Shown here: positions 30,083 to 41,152 of the stretch, piece after piece
How positions within the stretch are numbered: position 1 is the first letter of the stretch
Layout: each line of letters begins with the position of its first letter
Origin: Chthonomonadales bacterium
GTDB taxonomy: Bacteria > Armatimonadota > Chthonomonadetes > Chthonomonadales > CAJBBX01
DNA: 64,000 nt
Direction of reading: 5' to 3'
NCBI GenBank assembly: GCA_049967475.1
Contig: JBMFSQ010000004.1
Span: 102,025 to 166,024 of the forward strand
Position numbers and translations under genes: made by a program
Notes under the pieces: generated by a model
Database searches by the model: none
Seen by the model: only the letters and a program-made list of their open reading frames with translations
Told to the model about the DNA's origin: nothing

Positions 30083-31501
30083 ATGGGTTCCGTAATTGAA
30101 ATCCTTCGCGAGGCGACACGAGGAACTCCCTATGAGGGCCGCCTCTACCTGGTGGGAGGATATCCTCGCGACCGGCTCTTGGGTTTACCGGCGCCTGAGG
30201 ACGTGGATATCGTGCTGGAAGGGGATGCCCTGGAACTGGCGCGTTTCCTTCACGAGGGCGGCTATTCAGATCATACGCCGGTGCTTTACCCCCGCTTCGG
30301 CACTGCGATGATCAGCATACACGGCCACACCGTGGAGATGGTTACCGCTCGAAGCGAGCATTACGATGCCGAAAGCCGTAAGCCTTTCGTGATACCCGCT
30401 TCGCTTTACGAAGACGCCCGTCGGCGGGATTTCACCGTGAACACCCTTCTCGAGAACCTGCACACGGGCAAAATCCTGGATCCTCTGGGATGCGCACGCA
30501 GGCATCTTCGCATGCGGCTACTCAAAACGCCCCTGCCCCCTGAAGACACCTTCTTTGACGACCCTCTCAGGATGCTTCGCGCAGTGCGCCTGGCTGTTCG
30601 CCTGGGCTTCCGCATCGAACGGAGCACGTGGCGGGCGATGCGGCGCGAGGCTCATCGCTTGAACCTTATGGGCCCGAAGCCCCCCGTCGTGTCCGCTGAG
30701 CGCATACGCGACGAGTTCGTAAAGATCCTCATGAGCCGTGATCCTGCCCGGGGACTGGTTCTCCTCGCCGAAGCAGGGTTGTTGGAGCAGTTCCTGCCGG
30801 AATTGAGGGACACCATGGGCGTAACCCAGAATGCGTGGCATGCGTACGATGTGTGGACGCATACGGTGAAGGCGCTGGAAGTGCTTCCTGCGGATGCGCC
30901 CCTGGAGTTGCGCCTGGCGGTGCTCTTCCACGATATCGGCAAGCCCGCCACCCGCACTGAGGATGAGAAGGGGGTTCACTTCTACGAGCACCAGTTCGTG
31001 GGAGCTGAAATCACCCGGCAGGTTCTGCAACGCCTGCACTTTCCAAACCAGACGATCCATACCGTGACCGAACTGGTGCGCCTCCACATGCGGCTGGGAG
31101 AGCCCAAACCCGATGCTGCGGACGCGGTAATCCGAAGGCTCATCCGGGACACGGCTCCCTACCTCGAACAACTGTTTATTTTGGCTCAGGCGGACCGATG
31201 CGCCATGGGCACTGATGCGCCGGTTACGCCGCTGCCCGTCTTGCGCGCGCGCATCGAGGAGGTGTGCCGGGACCTCGACGCGGCCGGCGTCCGGAGCCCC
31301 TTGGACGGCCGCGAGATCATGAAGGTGTTGAACGTGGCTCCGGGACCTCTCATCGGGGAAGCCAAGGAATACCTTGTAAACGAAGTCATCGAGGGCAGGC
31401 TGAAGCCGGGGGATCGCGAAGGCGCGGGCGAGGCTCTTATAAAGTGGTACCATGGGCGCATGCAGGAAAAGACCGCCTCCCCGGCCAAACAGCAAGGTTG
31501 A
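30083..31501 (+). CDS. cca: CCA tRNA nucleotidyltransferase with HD domain
   Basis: LVGGYPRD, DVD, RRDFTVN, DDPLRMLRA, VSAERIRDE, HDIGK. Confidence 0.9.
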   Translation: MGSVIEILREATRGTPYEGRLYLVGGYPRDRLLGLPAPEDVDIVLEGDALELARFLHEGGYSDHTPVLYPRFGTAMISIHGHTVEMVTARSEHYDAESRKPFVIPASLYEDARRRDFTVNTLLENLHTGKILDPLGCARRHLRMRLLKTPLPPEDTFFDDPLRMLRAVRLAVRLGFRIERSTWRAMRREAHRLNLMGPKPPVVSAERIRDEFVKILMSRDPARGLVLLAEAGLLEQFLPELRDTMGVTQNAWHAYDVWTHTVKALEVLPADAPLELRLAVLFHDIGKPATRTEDEKGVHFYEHQFVGAEITRQVLQRLHFPNQTIHTVTELVRLHMRLGEPKPDAADAVIRRLIRDTAPYLEQLFILAQADRCAMGTDAPVTPLPVLRARIEEVCRDLDAAGVRSPLDGREIMKVLNVAPGPLIGEAKEYLVNEVIEGRLKPGDREGAGEALIKWYHGRMQEKTASPAKQQG

Positions 31502-31526
31502 GCGACACCTTCTTGGGGGATGAGCC

Positions 31527-32768
31527 ATGATCTGCTTCCTTGCTGCCGCGATGTTTGCAGCCCCCACACCCCACGGCGACATACATTACGGCCTCATTTT
31601 TCCTCCCAAGCAGCTCCACAGCCACGGGAGCTGCATCGTGCAGTGCCCCAACGGCGATATCCTGGCGTGCTGGTATCAGGGCTCTGGGGAACGGAACGCC
31701 GACGATGTGCGCATTCTAGGGGCACGGCTTTCATCGAGGAGCACAGCCGGGCCTCCTCTGGGCCGCGAAGGACAATGGAGTGCTCCCTACGTAATGGCAG
31801 ACACGCCAGGGTTCCCGGATTGCAACCCATGCATGACGGTAGATCCTAGAGGGCGGCTGTGGCTTTTCTGGCCCACGATACTGGATAACACCTGGGAGAG
31901 CGCTCTCCTTCAGATGAAGGTGAGTGCAAACTACCAGCGGCCTGGCGCTCCCGTGTGGGAACGTGAGGGAGTGGTGCTGCTCAAGCCAGGGAAGGAGTTT
32001 CAGGATGCCGTGGATCGCGATCTGGATCGGCAATGGGCCCAATATCGCGCCGGCGCCTCAGCAGGGGATCGCGAAAAGCTGGATGCTTACCTCGCACAGA
32101 GAAAGAAAGATGCACGAATAAAGTTGAAGGTGCGGCTCGGCTGGATGCCCAGGGCACACCCGTTCATCTTGGATGGGAAGCGTTTGATCGTGCCGCTCTA
32201 TTCGGACGGGTTCGACTTCTCGCTCATGGCCATCACAGATGACTGGGGGCAGACGTGGAAAGTGAGTGAGCCTCTGGTCGGCCCGGGCAACGTACAGCCG
32301 ACACTTGCCAAACGCAGGGACGGCACACTGGTGGCCTACTTCCGCGACAACGGCCCGCCGCCGCAACGCATCCTCACCAGTCAATCTGCCGACGGCGGCC
32401 TCACCTGGTCGCTAGCTCGGGACACGGAGCTGCCTAACCCAGGATCCGGCCTCGATGTTTGCGTCCTCAGGGATGGAAGCTGGCTCCTGGCCTACAACGA
32501 CACGGAAGACGGGCGGCACAGCTTGGCGGTATCGCTTTCGTACGACGAGGGGCGCACCTGGCCCGTCACTCGCCATTTGGAACACGACGCACCTGGGCCC
32601 GACGCTGGGTCGTACGCGTATCCCTCGGTCATCGAGGCGCGGGATGGGACGATCTGGGTGTCTTATAGCTGGTCGGGAAATCGGGCGGCTCGACAACGGC
32701 TCGGTGCGGGCGAGAGCATTATGGTAGCCCATTTCAACCGGGCATGGCTGGAACAGGCCACCCGATGA
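31527..32768 (+). CDS. Secreted BNR-repeat (sialidase-like) protein
   Basis: Asp-boxes TDDWGQTW, SADGGLTW, SYDEGRTW; WYQGSGE, LPNPGSG, YAYPS. Confidence 0.87.
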   Translation: MICFLAAAMFAAPTPHGDIHYGLIFPPKQLHSHGSCIVQCPNGDILACWYQGSGERNADDVRILGARLSSRSTAGPPLGREGQWSAPYVMADTPGFPDCNPCMTVDPRGRLWLFWPTILDNTWESALLQMKVSANYQRPGAPVWEREGVVLLKPGKEFQDAVDRDLDRQWAQYRAGASAGDREKLDAYLAQRKKDARIKLKVRLGWMPRAHPFILDGKRLIVPLYSDGFDFSLMAITDDWGQTWKVSEPLVGPGNVQPTLAKRRDGTLVAYFRDNGPPPQRILTSQSADGGLTWSLARDTELPNPGSGLDVCVLRDGSWLLAYNDTEDGRHSLAVSLSYDEGRTWPVTRHLEHDAPGPDAGSYAYPSVIEARDGTIWVSYSWSGNRAARQRLGAGESIMVAHFNRAWLEQATR

Positions 32769-34072
32769 AAAGGGTGCGGGGGCGCATTCTTCGGTTGCCA
32801 GATGGTGCTGCCGGCGCAGGCGGCTCCGGGGTCTATCCTTGGGCGGTCGTTGCGATGCTTTGGTTCATTTGCTTCTTCAACTATGCGGACCGCCAGGCGA
32901 TCTTCTCCATCTTCCCCCTCTTGAAGCGCGAGTACGGGTTCAATGATGAGGAACTTGGGCGCATCGGCACGGCGTTCATGATTGTTTATGCCCTGAGCGC
33001 TCCGTTTGCCGGGCAAGTTGCAGACCGCCTCGCGCGGAAGCTGGTGATCATTGGGGGCCTGGCGATTTGGAGCGCCGTAACGGGTTTTACCGCAGCGTGC
33101 AGCCGCGTGTGGCACTTTACCCTTGTGCGGGGTGTGGAGGGTTTGGGAGAGACGTTCTACTTTCCGGCTTCCATGTCGCTGCTGAGCGATTACCATTCCG
33201 GCCGCACGCGTTCAACGGCTATGAGCTTGCACCAAACGTCCGTCTATGTGGGAACCATAGGCGGCGGAGCTTTGGCCGGATGGATGGCGCTGCATCATGG
33301 CTGGCGCGCACCTTTCATATTTCTGGCCGGAGCAGGCATCCTTCTGGCGGCCGTACTGGCATTCTTCATCCGGGAACCACTCCGCGACGAAGCCACCCGT
33401 ACGCAGGTGTTCGGCCGTCCCGAAGTGCAAGAAGACGAAGCACCGGTGCCCATGGGCCGCTTCTTGCGCGAGTGGGCTCGAACACCCACTGCCGTCGTGT
33501 TGATCCTTGCCTTCTTCGGGGCCAACGCTGTGGCCGGCGTTATCCTGATGTGGATGCCCACGTTCCTCAACCGGAAGTTTCACTTGAACGTGGCGGCTGC
33601 CGGATTGGGGGCAACCTTCTTCATTCAGATATCGAGCATGATCGGTTCTGCTGTTGGAGGGGGGCTGGCGGATCATTGGCGCCGGATGCACCCCGGGGGA
33701 CGCATTCTGGTGCAGGGGTTCGGCATCCTGCTGGGTGCTCCGTGGGTGTTTTTGTGCGGCTACACGCGTGATTTCTTCACCTTGGGCGGAGCAATGTCCC
33801 TGTTCGGTCTGTGCAAAGGGCTCTACGATTCCAACATCTGGGCCGCTTTGTACGATGTAATCCCCGTGTCCCGGCGCGCGGCTGCCGTAGGCGTAATGAA
33901 CCTGGTGGGCTGGACCGGCGCCGCGCTCGGAGGATACGCCGTGGGGCGCGCTGCTGAAGCCGGCATCACCATGAGCGCGGCGATTGCCTCTACCGGAGGG
34001 GTGTACCTGGTCGTTGCTGCTCTCCTCTTTTGGGGAGGCTTCTTTACCGCACCCAGGGATGCCCGGACGTAA
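32765..34072 (+). CDS. MFS transporter (ACS/spinster-like)
   Basis: NYADRQ, GQVADRLARK motif A, GETFYFPA, about 12 TMs; start overlaps the upstream stop. Confidence 0.9.
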   Translation: MKRVRGRILRLPDGAAGAGGSGVYPWAVVAMLWFICFFNYADRQAIFSIFPLLKREYGFNDEELGRIGTAFMIVYALSAPFAGQVADRLARKLVIIGGLAIWSAVTGFTAACSRVWHFTLVRGVEGLGETFYFPASMSLLSDYHSGRTRSTAMSLHQTSVYVGTIGGGALAGWMALHHGWRAPFIFLAGAGILLAAVLAFFIREPLRDEATRTQVFGRPEVQEDEAPVPMGRFLREWARTPTAVVLILAFFGANAVAGVILMWMPTFLNRKFHLNVAAAGLGATFFIQISSMIGSAVGGGLADHWRRMHPGGRILVQGFGILLGAPWVFLCGYTRDFFTLGGAMSLFGLCKGLYDSNIWAALYDVIPVSRRAAAVGVMNLVGWTGAALGGYAVGRAAEAGITMSAAIASTGGVYLVVAALLFWGGFFTAPRDART

Positions 34073-34255
34073 CCACGCTTCTCCGGCGGACGGAAAGGCT
34101 GGTTGCCTTTCGGTGTTACGGCATCCGCTTTTTCGGCGCGCCGACGCCTCTGCGGCTCCGTGAGATTTGCGACATAAGCGGAGTGAAACCCAGGGTTGTG
34201 CCGGCACGCTATGCTGCAATAGTTGTGATATACTCAGGTTGCGGAGGATAGGAAC

Positions 34256-34942
34256 ATGGCCATCCGGCGCACCAACCCGTCAGGATCTTGGAGGTTCGGA
34301 AGCCTGCTTCGCTGGGCCATGCCTGCGCTCCTGCCGTTAGCCTTCGCATTCGGCGTGGTGTGGGGCGGGCCGTTCCTTCTGGAATTCGTTCGCCTGCGGC
34401 CCGGTGCCGTGCCGGTGGCCCTTTTCACGCTTCTGGTAGGCCTTCTGTTGCCTCGCTTTCGCGAGGGTCTGATAACATCCCTTTGCTTCATGGTGGCTCT
34501 GCTCGCTTGGCAGGATGCGCGAACTCCTTTGGCGGATGCCATCCCGCGGGAGTGGGATTACACGCTCACGGAGCGCCTCTATCCAATCCTATGGTGCGCT
34601 GTAACCGCATGGGCGCTGGCCACAGGCTTCGTGGTGGCCTATCGGCCTCAGTCGCCGGCGGGCCGCCGTTCGTACTTTGGGTTGGCAAGTGCGTACTTCA
34701 CCCTGCATGGGGGTTTGAGCCTGCTTCACGCGTTCTCCATGGACGGCATGCTGATGGTAGCTGCAGGTATCGCCGCGCTGGTTGCGGCGCTGCGCGTGCA
34801 CCGGTTCTGGGGCGGTGCCGCAACTATGGGAACATCTATGCAGGGGGAGGTCCTGCCGGATGAAGAGCGGGCACGGCGGGCAGCGCGGGTGGCGGCACGG
34901 GAGTGGCGGGATCAGCCCGAGCACCATGCGAAATTCTGCTGA
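34256..34942 (+). CDS. Hypothetical multi-pass membrane protein
   Basis: GGAGG RBS; about 6 hydrophobic segments; no family recognised. Confidence 0.65.
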   Translation: MAIRRTNPSGSWRFGSLLRWAMPALLPLAFAFGVVWGGPFLLEFVRLRPGAVPVALFTLLVGLLLPRFREGLITSLCFMVALLAWQDARTPLADAIPREWDYTLTERLYPILWCAVTAWALATGFVVAYRPQSPAGRRSYFGLASAYFTLHGGLSLLHAFSMDGMLMVAAGIAALVAALRVHRFWGGAATMGTSMQGEVLPDEERARRAARVAAREWRDQPEHHAKFC

Positions 34943-35017
34943 TGCCCCCATTGGCGATGAGCGTGTCTTTGCTCTGCTGCCTCCGGCACGCAGGGCGCAG
35001 GGGGCCCGCCGGACCAT

Positions 35018-36706
35018 CTACCACTCGATGCGTTGCAAGCTCCGGGCGCCGTACACCAGCACGGCAGCGCTGCACGCACCAGACCACGCGAGGGTGGCGC
35101 CTCCCGCAACCAGGTAGGCAGCGGCCTGGGTAAAGACGTGCATGCCGGCCAATACCGTGCAAAGGATGAGGATGCCATCCAGCCCGGCCAGGTATCCCAT
35201 TTCGATTACCATGCTGACGGTGCGCCCCGTGCCCGACATGGTCGCGTCTGTGTCGCTATGTCGAGGGTTCATGTAGAGGCCGTGGGTGCCTACGCCGATG
35301 CTGCAGAAGGTAGCCGTGGTCACCAGAGAGAGAGCCAGGATGGCCCACGTCTGAAAGGCAGGCAATTCTGCGGCGGCGGCATATGCTCCACAGATGAGCA
35401 TGCTCAAGGGGAGCGAGAAGGTCGCGGCGAAAAGTAGCTTCGCCCCGAGGATCACCATGGGTGCCGGCGGCGCGGCTGCAATGAGCCACATGGCTCTGCT
35501 CTCCATAGCGAAGGCCGACATGCTCAGCCGGAGCGCGATCATTCCGAGAACAGGGTACATCCCCAGAACTAGGATCAATATGCGGGGCCCGGCCCGATCC
35601 ACGTGCAGCGCGTTGTACATCAACCCGAAACTTGCAGCCACAGGGATTGCAAGGAGCGACAGTTGCCGCAAATCCCTGCGGATGGTGACGAGGTCTTTCG
35701 CGAGAATGCCTCGCATGGGTGCCGGCATCCAGAGGATGTGCTTCCACCGAGCAAAGACGGCGGCCTGAAGGTTTCCACCGCGCTGGGGAACTTCTTGGTA
35801 GGCGGCCCACCCCTGCCAATAGAGGCGCTGGGCGACCCACGCGGCGCCCCAACATGCGGCGGGCAAGGCGGCGGCGAGCTTGGCGACGTTGGCGAACGAG
35901 TGGCGGGTTATCGGTCCGGTGATGAGTGCGGATGCCCATGCCCAGGGGCCGTGAACTGCCCACGGGGATGCAGCCAAAACTCTGAGGTTCTCGAAGCCGA
36001 GTGACCGAGCATCGTCTCCGGTGTGCGCCATTAAGCCCAGGCTTGCAACCATGTAGATTGCAGCACCCAGCAGAATACCGGCGGCGCCGAGCAGTTCCCG
36101 CAAGCGGCTTGCAGGCAATGCGCGCATCAAAAGAAAGGCAGCCGCTGCTCCGAGGGCAGTAGGCACCCCGCTGAACACCACCAATGCTGTTGCCGACTGT
36201 GCGACGTAGCGAACCGAGAATTGGCCCCTCGCAAACCCGTAAGCCGCCGCTACGGGAATTCCCACGGTTAGGAACAGGGTTGTATTGGCAGTCAGGGCGT
36301 CCAGGAACTTGGCCAGGAATACGGAGCGGGCCGGGATGGGTGCCAGAAGAAGGAGGGAAATCTCATCGCTGGTATAGAAGCGCTGAATAGTCACCGTGAC
36401 GCTGGAGAGTGCGAGCATCCAGAAGGCGCCGAACAGAAGGAGCCTAGGCAGGGTCGCGAGCAGCTCCGCGGCATTGGCGTCATCCCGTGCAAGAAGCGCC
36501 AAGGGTCCGAAAAGGCCTAGAGCCATGGCACCGATGAGGAATGGCGCTCCAATAAGCAGGAGCGCTCTCCAAAGGATGCTGTGCCTTTCCGACCTGGGGG
36601 CACGCAGGAACGCATTGCGGACGGACCACACACGCGCGCGAAGCAGCCTAAAGAGCAACACAGCCCAGTGTGCACCGAGGCCACGTCGGGCACCGTGTTC
36701 CAACAT
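35018..36706 (-). CDS. Putative ABC-2-type exporter permease (duplicated)
   Basis: FYTSDEISLLLLAPI...AKF; KDLVTIRRD; FAMESRAMWLI...APPAP...AK. Confidence 0.75.
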   Translation of the reverse strand: MLEHGARRGLGAHWAVLLFRLLRARVWSVRNAFLRAPRSERHSILWRALLLIGAPFLIGAMALGLFGPLALLARDDANAAELLATLPRLLLFGAFWMLALSSVTVTIQRFYTSDEISLLLLAPIPARSVFLAKFLDALTANTTLFLTVGIPVAAAYGFARGQFSVRYVAQSATALVVFSGVPTALGAAAAFLLMRALPASRLRELLGAAGILLGAAIYMVASLGLMAHTGDDARSLGFENLRVLAASPWAVHGPWAWASALITGPITRHSFANVAKLAAALPAACWGAAWVAQRLYWQGWAAYQEVPQRGGNLQAAVFARWKHILWMPAPMRGILAKDLVTIRRDLRQLSLLAIPVAASFGLMYNALHVDRAGPRILILVLGMYPVLGMIALRLSMSAFAMESRAMWLIAAAPPAPMVILGAKLLFAATFSLPLSMLICGAYAAAAELPAFQTWAILALSLVTTATFCSIGVGTHGLYMNPRHSDTDATMSGTGRTVSMVIEMGYLAGLDGILILCTVLAGMHVFTQAAAYLVAGGATLAWSGACSAAVLVYGARSLQRIEW

Positions 36707-36751
36707 CCCTTTCGCTCCTTTTTACGTGTGTTGCCGGACGGCGACGACGCT

Positions 36752-37708
36752 TCAACGGATGGCCTCGTTGGCGCTCCCGTCGAAGCGGTCATACAGCAAC
36801 CCCCACCGCAATCCGCGCCCGCTGACCTGGACGGTGTCGTTGCCGAACCGCTCCATAACAATGCGCAGGATAATGGCGCCGCCAAGGATCACGGCGGCTC
36901 GAGCGGCATCGAGACCGGGGATTTGGCTGCGAGCTGCGATGGGTTTGGCCGCGTAAAGCGTCAGTTGTTCTTCCACTTGACGCGCGGCTAGCGTGCAACC
37001 GTGGATCTGGTCGGCACGTTCCAATGGGCGGCCCTGTTGCACGGCGGCCATATGGGCTACGGTGCCGCCGACGCCCACTAGGGGGCACCGACCTCCCGCC
37101 AAATGGGCATGGCGCAGCGCTTCGAACACAAATTGTTCGGCTTCGTGGATCTGGGCAGTTGTGGGCGGATCTGTTCGAAGGATGTCCTCTGTGATCTGGA
37201 CGGCGCCCACAGGGACGGTGGCGGAACGAATGCCACCGGTGGTGCCCAGTACGATCTCCGTGCTCCCACCCCCGATATCCACAACGCGGAGCATGTTCAG
37301 TGAGTGCCAGAGCGGGTCTTTGCGCACAGCGAGGAAGGAGAGGCGCGCTTCCTCGCCCTCTGATAGGATCTCCACCGAGATGCCGGCTTCCGCAGCCTGA
37401 TGGACGAACTCATCCTGGTTCCTGGCATGGCGTACCGCGGCAGTAGCTACGGCAGCTACGCTTTGTGCCGCTGCGCGGCGGCAGAGCTCGGCGTATTCGG
37501 CAAGAACGCGGATTGTTCGGCGGATTGCAGCGGCTTGAAGATACCCCTGGGAAAAGCCCTCCCCGAGGCGTGTGGTGCGGGCTTGTTCCATGAGCTCCGT
37601 CCAAGAGCCGGATCCTCTCCGCTCGGCGATGGTGAGTTTGACGGTGTTGGTACCTACGTCTATGGCTGCGTAGACGCCCGGCGCAGCCATTTCGCCGGGA
37701 TCACCCAT
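36752..37708 (-). CDS. ppx: Ppx/GppA exopolyphosphatase family (short form)
   Basis: AIDVGTNTVK, TRLGEG, ATAAVR, EEARL, DIGGGSTE, GLRWG. Confidence 0.9.
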   Translation of the reverse strand: MGDPGEMAAPGVYAAIDVGTNTVKLTIAERRGSGSWTELMEQARTTRLGEGFSQGYLQAAAIRRTIRVLAEYAELCRRAAAQSVAAVATAAVRHARNQDEFVHQAAEAGISVEILSEGEEARLSFLAVRKDPLWHSLNMLRVVDIGGGSTEIVLGTTGGIRSATVPVGAVQITEDILRTDPPTTAQIHEAEQFVFEALRHAHLAGGRCPLVGVGGTVAHMAAVQQGRPLERADQIHGCTLAARQVEEQLTLYAAKPIAARSQIPGLDAARAAVILGGAIILRIVMERFGNDTVQVSGRGLRWGLLYDRFDGSANEAIR

Positions 37709-37955
37709 CGAAGCCTTGCCGCCCGGCTCCGCAACAGGCGCATCCGCCGTCCGCCGCTGCCGAGCACGACGCAGGTTTATCCGACGCGGGCACGCCACAG
37801 GGCACGAGGCTGCGACTTATGGCGAAGGTCGAGATCAGCCGTCGGAAGCTCGAGGAACCGCAATTCGGGCATAGCGCAGGCGCCGCCGCTGGAGACTGAA
37901 GCAGTACCTCGAAACGGGTACGGCAATCGGTGCAAAGATACTCATAAAGAGGCAT
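37701..37955 (-). CDS. FmdB-family zinc-ribbon protein
   Basis: MPLYEYLCTDC...CPNCGS...RRLIS; GGAGG RBS; extra Cys-rich tail. Confidence 0.88.
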   Translation of the reverse strand: MPLYEYLCTDCRTRFEVLLQSPAAAPALCPNCGSSSFRRLISTFAISRSLVPCGVPASDKPASCSAAADGGCACCGAGRQGFDG

Positions 37956-38126
37956 CATTCATCCTCCCGCGTAGCCGAGGGAACGGAAGGGCCCACGCGG
38001 CAACCCGGCATGTATAAAAAGCGCATCTCCGCCATTGTCTCGTGGCGCACTCGGCGAGCAGGTCCGAAGGGTAAAGAGGGTGCACACCAATTCCGCTTTG
38101 GTTGGCCGCAAACGGGCTCCTTCGTC

Positions 38127-38474
38127 TCAGCCATATTCGATTAACTGTACCAGATTGCCGTCGGGATCCCGCAAGACAGCCGTCTTGAAGGTCCCATGAT
38201 CTTGGGGAGCTTCGAAGAAGGGAACACCATGGGCAGTGAGCTCGCGGAAGGCTCCTTCAAGATCGCTTACGGCAAGGGAGAGGATCACCGAGTTGATCGC
38301 CCCGATCTCAGGAGGGATCGGCTCCGGTGCCGTCATCACGACGATGTTGTGAACGAGGCGCGCCCAGTCTTCCTCTTCGTGCACCACCGCCAAGCCGAGG
38401 CGATCCCGGTAGAACTCAAGGCTCCGGTCCATGTCTTGAGCCAGGATCACGATACAGGCCTGGTATACGTCCAT
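38127..38474 (-). CDS. VOC/glyoxalase family protein
   Basis: DMDRSLEFYRDRLG, LAVSDLE, RDPDGNLVQL. Confidence 0.88.
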   Translation of the reverse strand: MDVYQACIVILAQDMDRSLEFYRDRLGLAVVHEEEDWARLVHNIVVMTAPEPIPPEIGAINSVILSLAVSDLEGAFRELTAHGVPFFEAPQDHGTFKTAVLRDPDGNLVQLIEYG

Positions 38475-38481
38475 AGCGGCG

Positions 38482-38988
38482 TTATCTAGGAGTGGGGAGG
38501 GCTTGGGGCGCCGATACTGAGGGTGGAGCAGGTTCCTCGCGCCGCAAGCCTGTTCCATTGATGCGGGAGAGGTTCAGATATGCCGACATCCCAACGACGA
38601 CGACGCCGAGGAGCGCCAGGAGCACAAGGACCTGGTTCCGTTGGCGATGCAGCGCGCCGGCAAACGGCATCGGATGGCTCACCGCCATGGCAAGAAAGAA
38701 CATAACCAGCGCCAGAAGGATCTTCATGCCGAGCACTGCAGCATACGTGCTGTTGACGTGTGGGGCAACGAAGTGGAAGTTGACAAAGCCCGTAACCAAG
38801 ATGATGAGCCACAGCAGGGCGCTCGCTACGCCCCATCGTCGCGCTAGGGACCGGGCCCAGTCGGTGTCCGAGAAGGCGCCGGTGCGCAGAGCCGGTATGG
38901 CTACGAACCGCTGGTACAGCACGCCCCCTAGCACGAAGATGATGCTCACGAGATGGAGCCACTTATTGAGAAAAGGACCCATGGCCAT
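38482..38988 (-). CDS. Four-TM membrane protein, CopD-like
   Basis: WLHLVS...GG, TGFVN, KILLAL pattern. Confidence 0.65.
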   Translation of the reverse strand: MAMGPFLNKWLHLVSIIFVLGGVLYQRFVAIPALRTGAFSDTDWARSLARRWGVASALLWLIILVTGFVNFHFVAPHVNSTYAAVLGMKILLALVMFFLAMAVSHPMPFAGALHRQRNQVLVLLALLGVVVVGMSAYLNLSRINGTGLRREEPAPPSVSAPQALPTPR

Positions 38989-39213
38989 AGAATTGCCTCC
39001 GTTGGGAAAGAGACGGTGCTGCGATTATACCCTTGCAAATCGGATGGATGTTAGGCGTTTGCGCCGACCGCTGTTTGCCTGGTTCAGGTGGGCATGGCAT
39101 TGCGCATGCCGCCGGCGCAGGGTAGTATAATGCTTCTGCGTGGCATGGCGCGCTGACCCGTCGGATGCCTGGCGCGCCCCATCCCGGAAGCGTTCTGCTC
39201 TGGATGATCTCCT

Positions 39214-41025
39214 ATGGAACCGTATTCCCAAGACCACATACGGAATTTCTGCATCATCGCCCATGTGGACCACGGCAAATCTACCCTGGCGGACCGCATC
39301 CTCGAACTGACGGGAGCGATCTCAGATCGGGAGATGCAGGACCAGGCTCTGGACACGATGGATATCGAGAGGGAACGCGGCATCACCATCAAAATGACCG
39401 CCGTGCGCCTTTCCTATACCTCGGTTAGTGGAGACACGTACGAGCTGAACCTAATAGATACTCCCGGCCATGTGGATTTCACGTATGAGGTGTCCCGTTC
39501 CCTGGCTGCGTGTGAAGGGGCTGTGCTGGTGGTGGACGGCGCCCAAGGTGTGGAGGCCCAGACGCTGGCGAATGTGAACCTTGCCCTTAACAATGGCCTG
39601 GTGCTCGTTCCCGTCATCAACAAAATTGACTTGCCGGCTGCAGACCCCGAGCGTGTGCGTGAGGAAATCGAGAACGTCCTGGCATTGGAAGCCCATGATG
39701 CAGTTCTAGCAAGCGCCAAACAGGGCATCGGCATCCGCGAAGTGTTGGAGCGCGTGGTTCATTCTATTCCTCCACCTTCGGGGGATCCCCACGCACCGCT
39801 TAGAGCCTTGGTTTTCGACAGCCATTTTGACACGTACCAAGGAGTGGTATGTTATGTGCGCATCGTGGATGGTTCCTTAAGGCCGGGCCAGAAGATCCGC
39901 TTCATGGCTACTGGGAAGGAGTTCGAGGTGTCCACGGTGGGCATCTTCCGCCCCAGGATGGAGACCACCTCGGAGCTGAGAACCGGCGAGGTGGGTTTTC
40001 TCACTGCAGGCATCAAGACGATCGGCGACGCCAATGTGGGGGACACCGTGACCCATGCGGACCGGCCTGCCCCGGCTCCTCTACCCGGATACCGCAAGGC
40101 GAAGCCCATGGTCTTTTGCGGCTTGTATCCTGTGGACGGGCGGGATTACCCGGATCTGAAGGAGGCGCTCCTCAAGCTCCAACTGAACGATGCTGCCCTC
40201 TCCTTCGAGCCCGAGACTTCTGCTGCACTCGGCTTCGGCTACCGGTGCGGCTTCCTCGGTCTGCTGCACATGGAGATCGTGCAGGAGCGGTTGGAGCGTG
40301 AGTTCGGCCTCTCGCTCATTGCAACGTCTCCCTCCGTCATTTACCGCATCCACCGCACCGACGGGCGCGTGGAGGAGGTGGACAATCCGGCACACATGCC
40401 CCATCCCACGCAAATCGCCTTCATAGAGGAGCCGTACGTAGACGCTACGATGTTCATCCCGGCGGAATACGTGGGTACGGTGATGGATCTTGCCCGCGAG
40501 CGGCGGGGGGAGTTCGTCAAGATGGAACATCCTGCTCCCCAACGGGTAATGCTCCATTATCAGTTGCCCCTCTCGGAAATCTTGATGGATTTCTTTGACC
40601 AGCTCAAGAGCCGAACGCGCGGGTACGCGTCCTTCGATTACGAGCCCGCGGGTTACAGGCAGTCGCAGCTTGTAAAGCTGGATATCCTGATCAATGGCGA
40701 TCCTGTGGATGCCCTTTCCTTCATCACCCATCGCGACAAAGCCTATCCCCGCGCGCGGGCCTTTGTGGACCGCCTTAAGGAGGTCGTTCCCCGCCAGCAA
40801 TTCGAGGTGCGCATCCAGGCAGCCATAGGGGGCAAGGTAATCGCTGCAGACCGCGTGGCGCCGTATCGCAAGAACGTTACGGCGAAATGTTACGGGGGAG
40901 ATATCACCCGGAAGCGTAAACTCCTGGAGAAGCAGAAGGAAGGGAAGAAGCGCATGAAGCAGATCGGCAGCGTGGAGATACCCCAGGAGGCCTTCTTGAG
41001 CGTGCTTCGCATCGGTGAAGCCTGA
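39214..41025 (+). CDS. lepA: Elongation factor 4
   Basis: [55 protein letters not shown]. Confidence 0.98.
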   Translation: MEPYSQDHIRNFCIIAHVDHGKSTLADRILELTGAISDREMQDQALDTMDIERERGITIKMTAVRLSYTSVSGDTYELNLIDTPGHVDFTYEVSRSLAACEGAVLVVDGAQGVEAQTLANVNLALNNGLVLVPVINKIDLPAADPERVREEIENVLALEAHDAVLASAKQGIGIREVLERVVHSIPPPSGDPHAPLRALVFDSHFDTYQGVVCYVRIVDGSLRPGQKIRFMATGKEFEVSTVGIFRPRMETTSELRTGEVGFLTAGIKTIGDANVGDTVTHADRPAPAPLPGYRKAKPMVFCGLYPVDGRDYPDLKEALLKLQLNDAALSFEPETSAALGFGYRCGFLGLLHMEIVQERLEREFGLSLIATSPSVIYRIHRTDGRVEEVDNPAHMPHPTQIAFIEEPYVDATMFIPAEYVGTVMDLARERRGEFVKMEHPAPQRVMLHYQLPLSEILMDFFDQLKSRTRGYASFDYEPAGYRQSQLVKLDILINGDPVDALSFITHRDKAYPRARAFVDRLKEVVPRQQFEVRIQAAIGGKVIAADRVAPYRKNVTAKCYGGDITRKRKLLEKQKEGKKRMKQIGSVEIPQEAFLSVLRIGEA

Positions 41026-41123
41026 TCCGTCCTTCCCCGCCCGTCTTCACCTGTTGCAGAGTTCGGTGCGCCGCCCCGCCGGCAGTCTCCGGTTCCGGCG
41101 GCGGGATAAGTTTTGTTCGCCTA

Positions 41124-41152
41124 TTGACAGTAGACGGCTGTAGGTGTACACT
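41124..41152 (+). promoter_or_regulatory. lexA promoter overlapping a candidate operator
   Basis: TTGACA-N17-TACACT. Confidence 0.72.
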
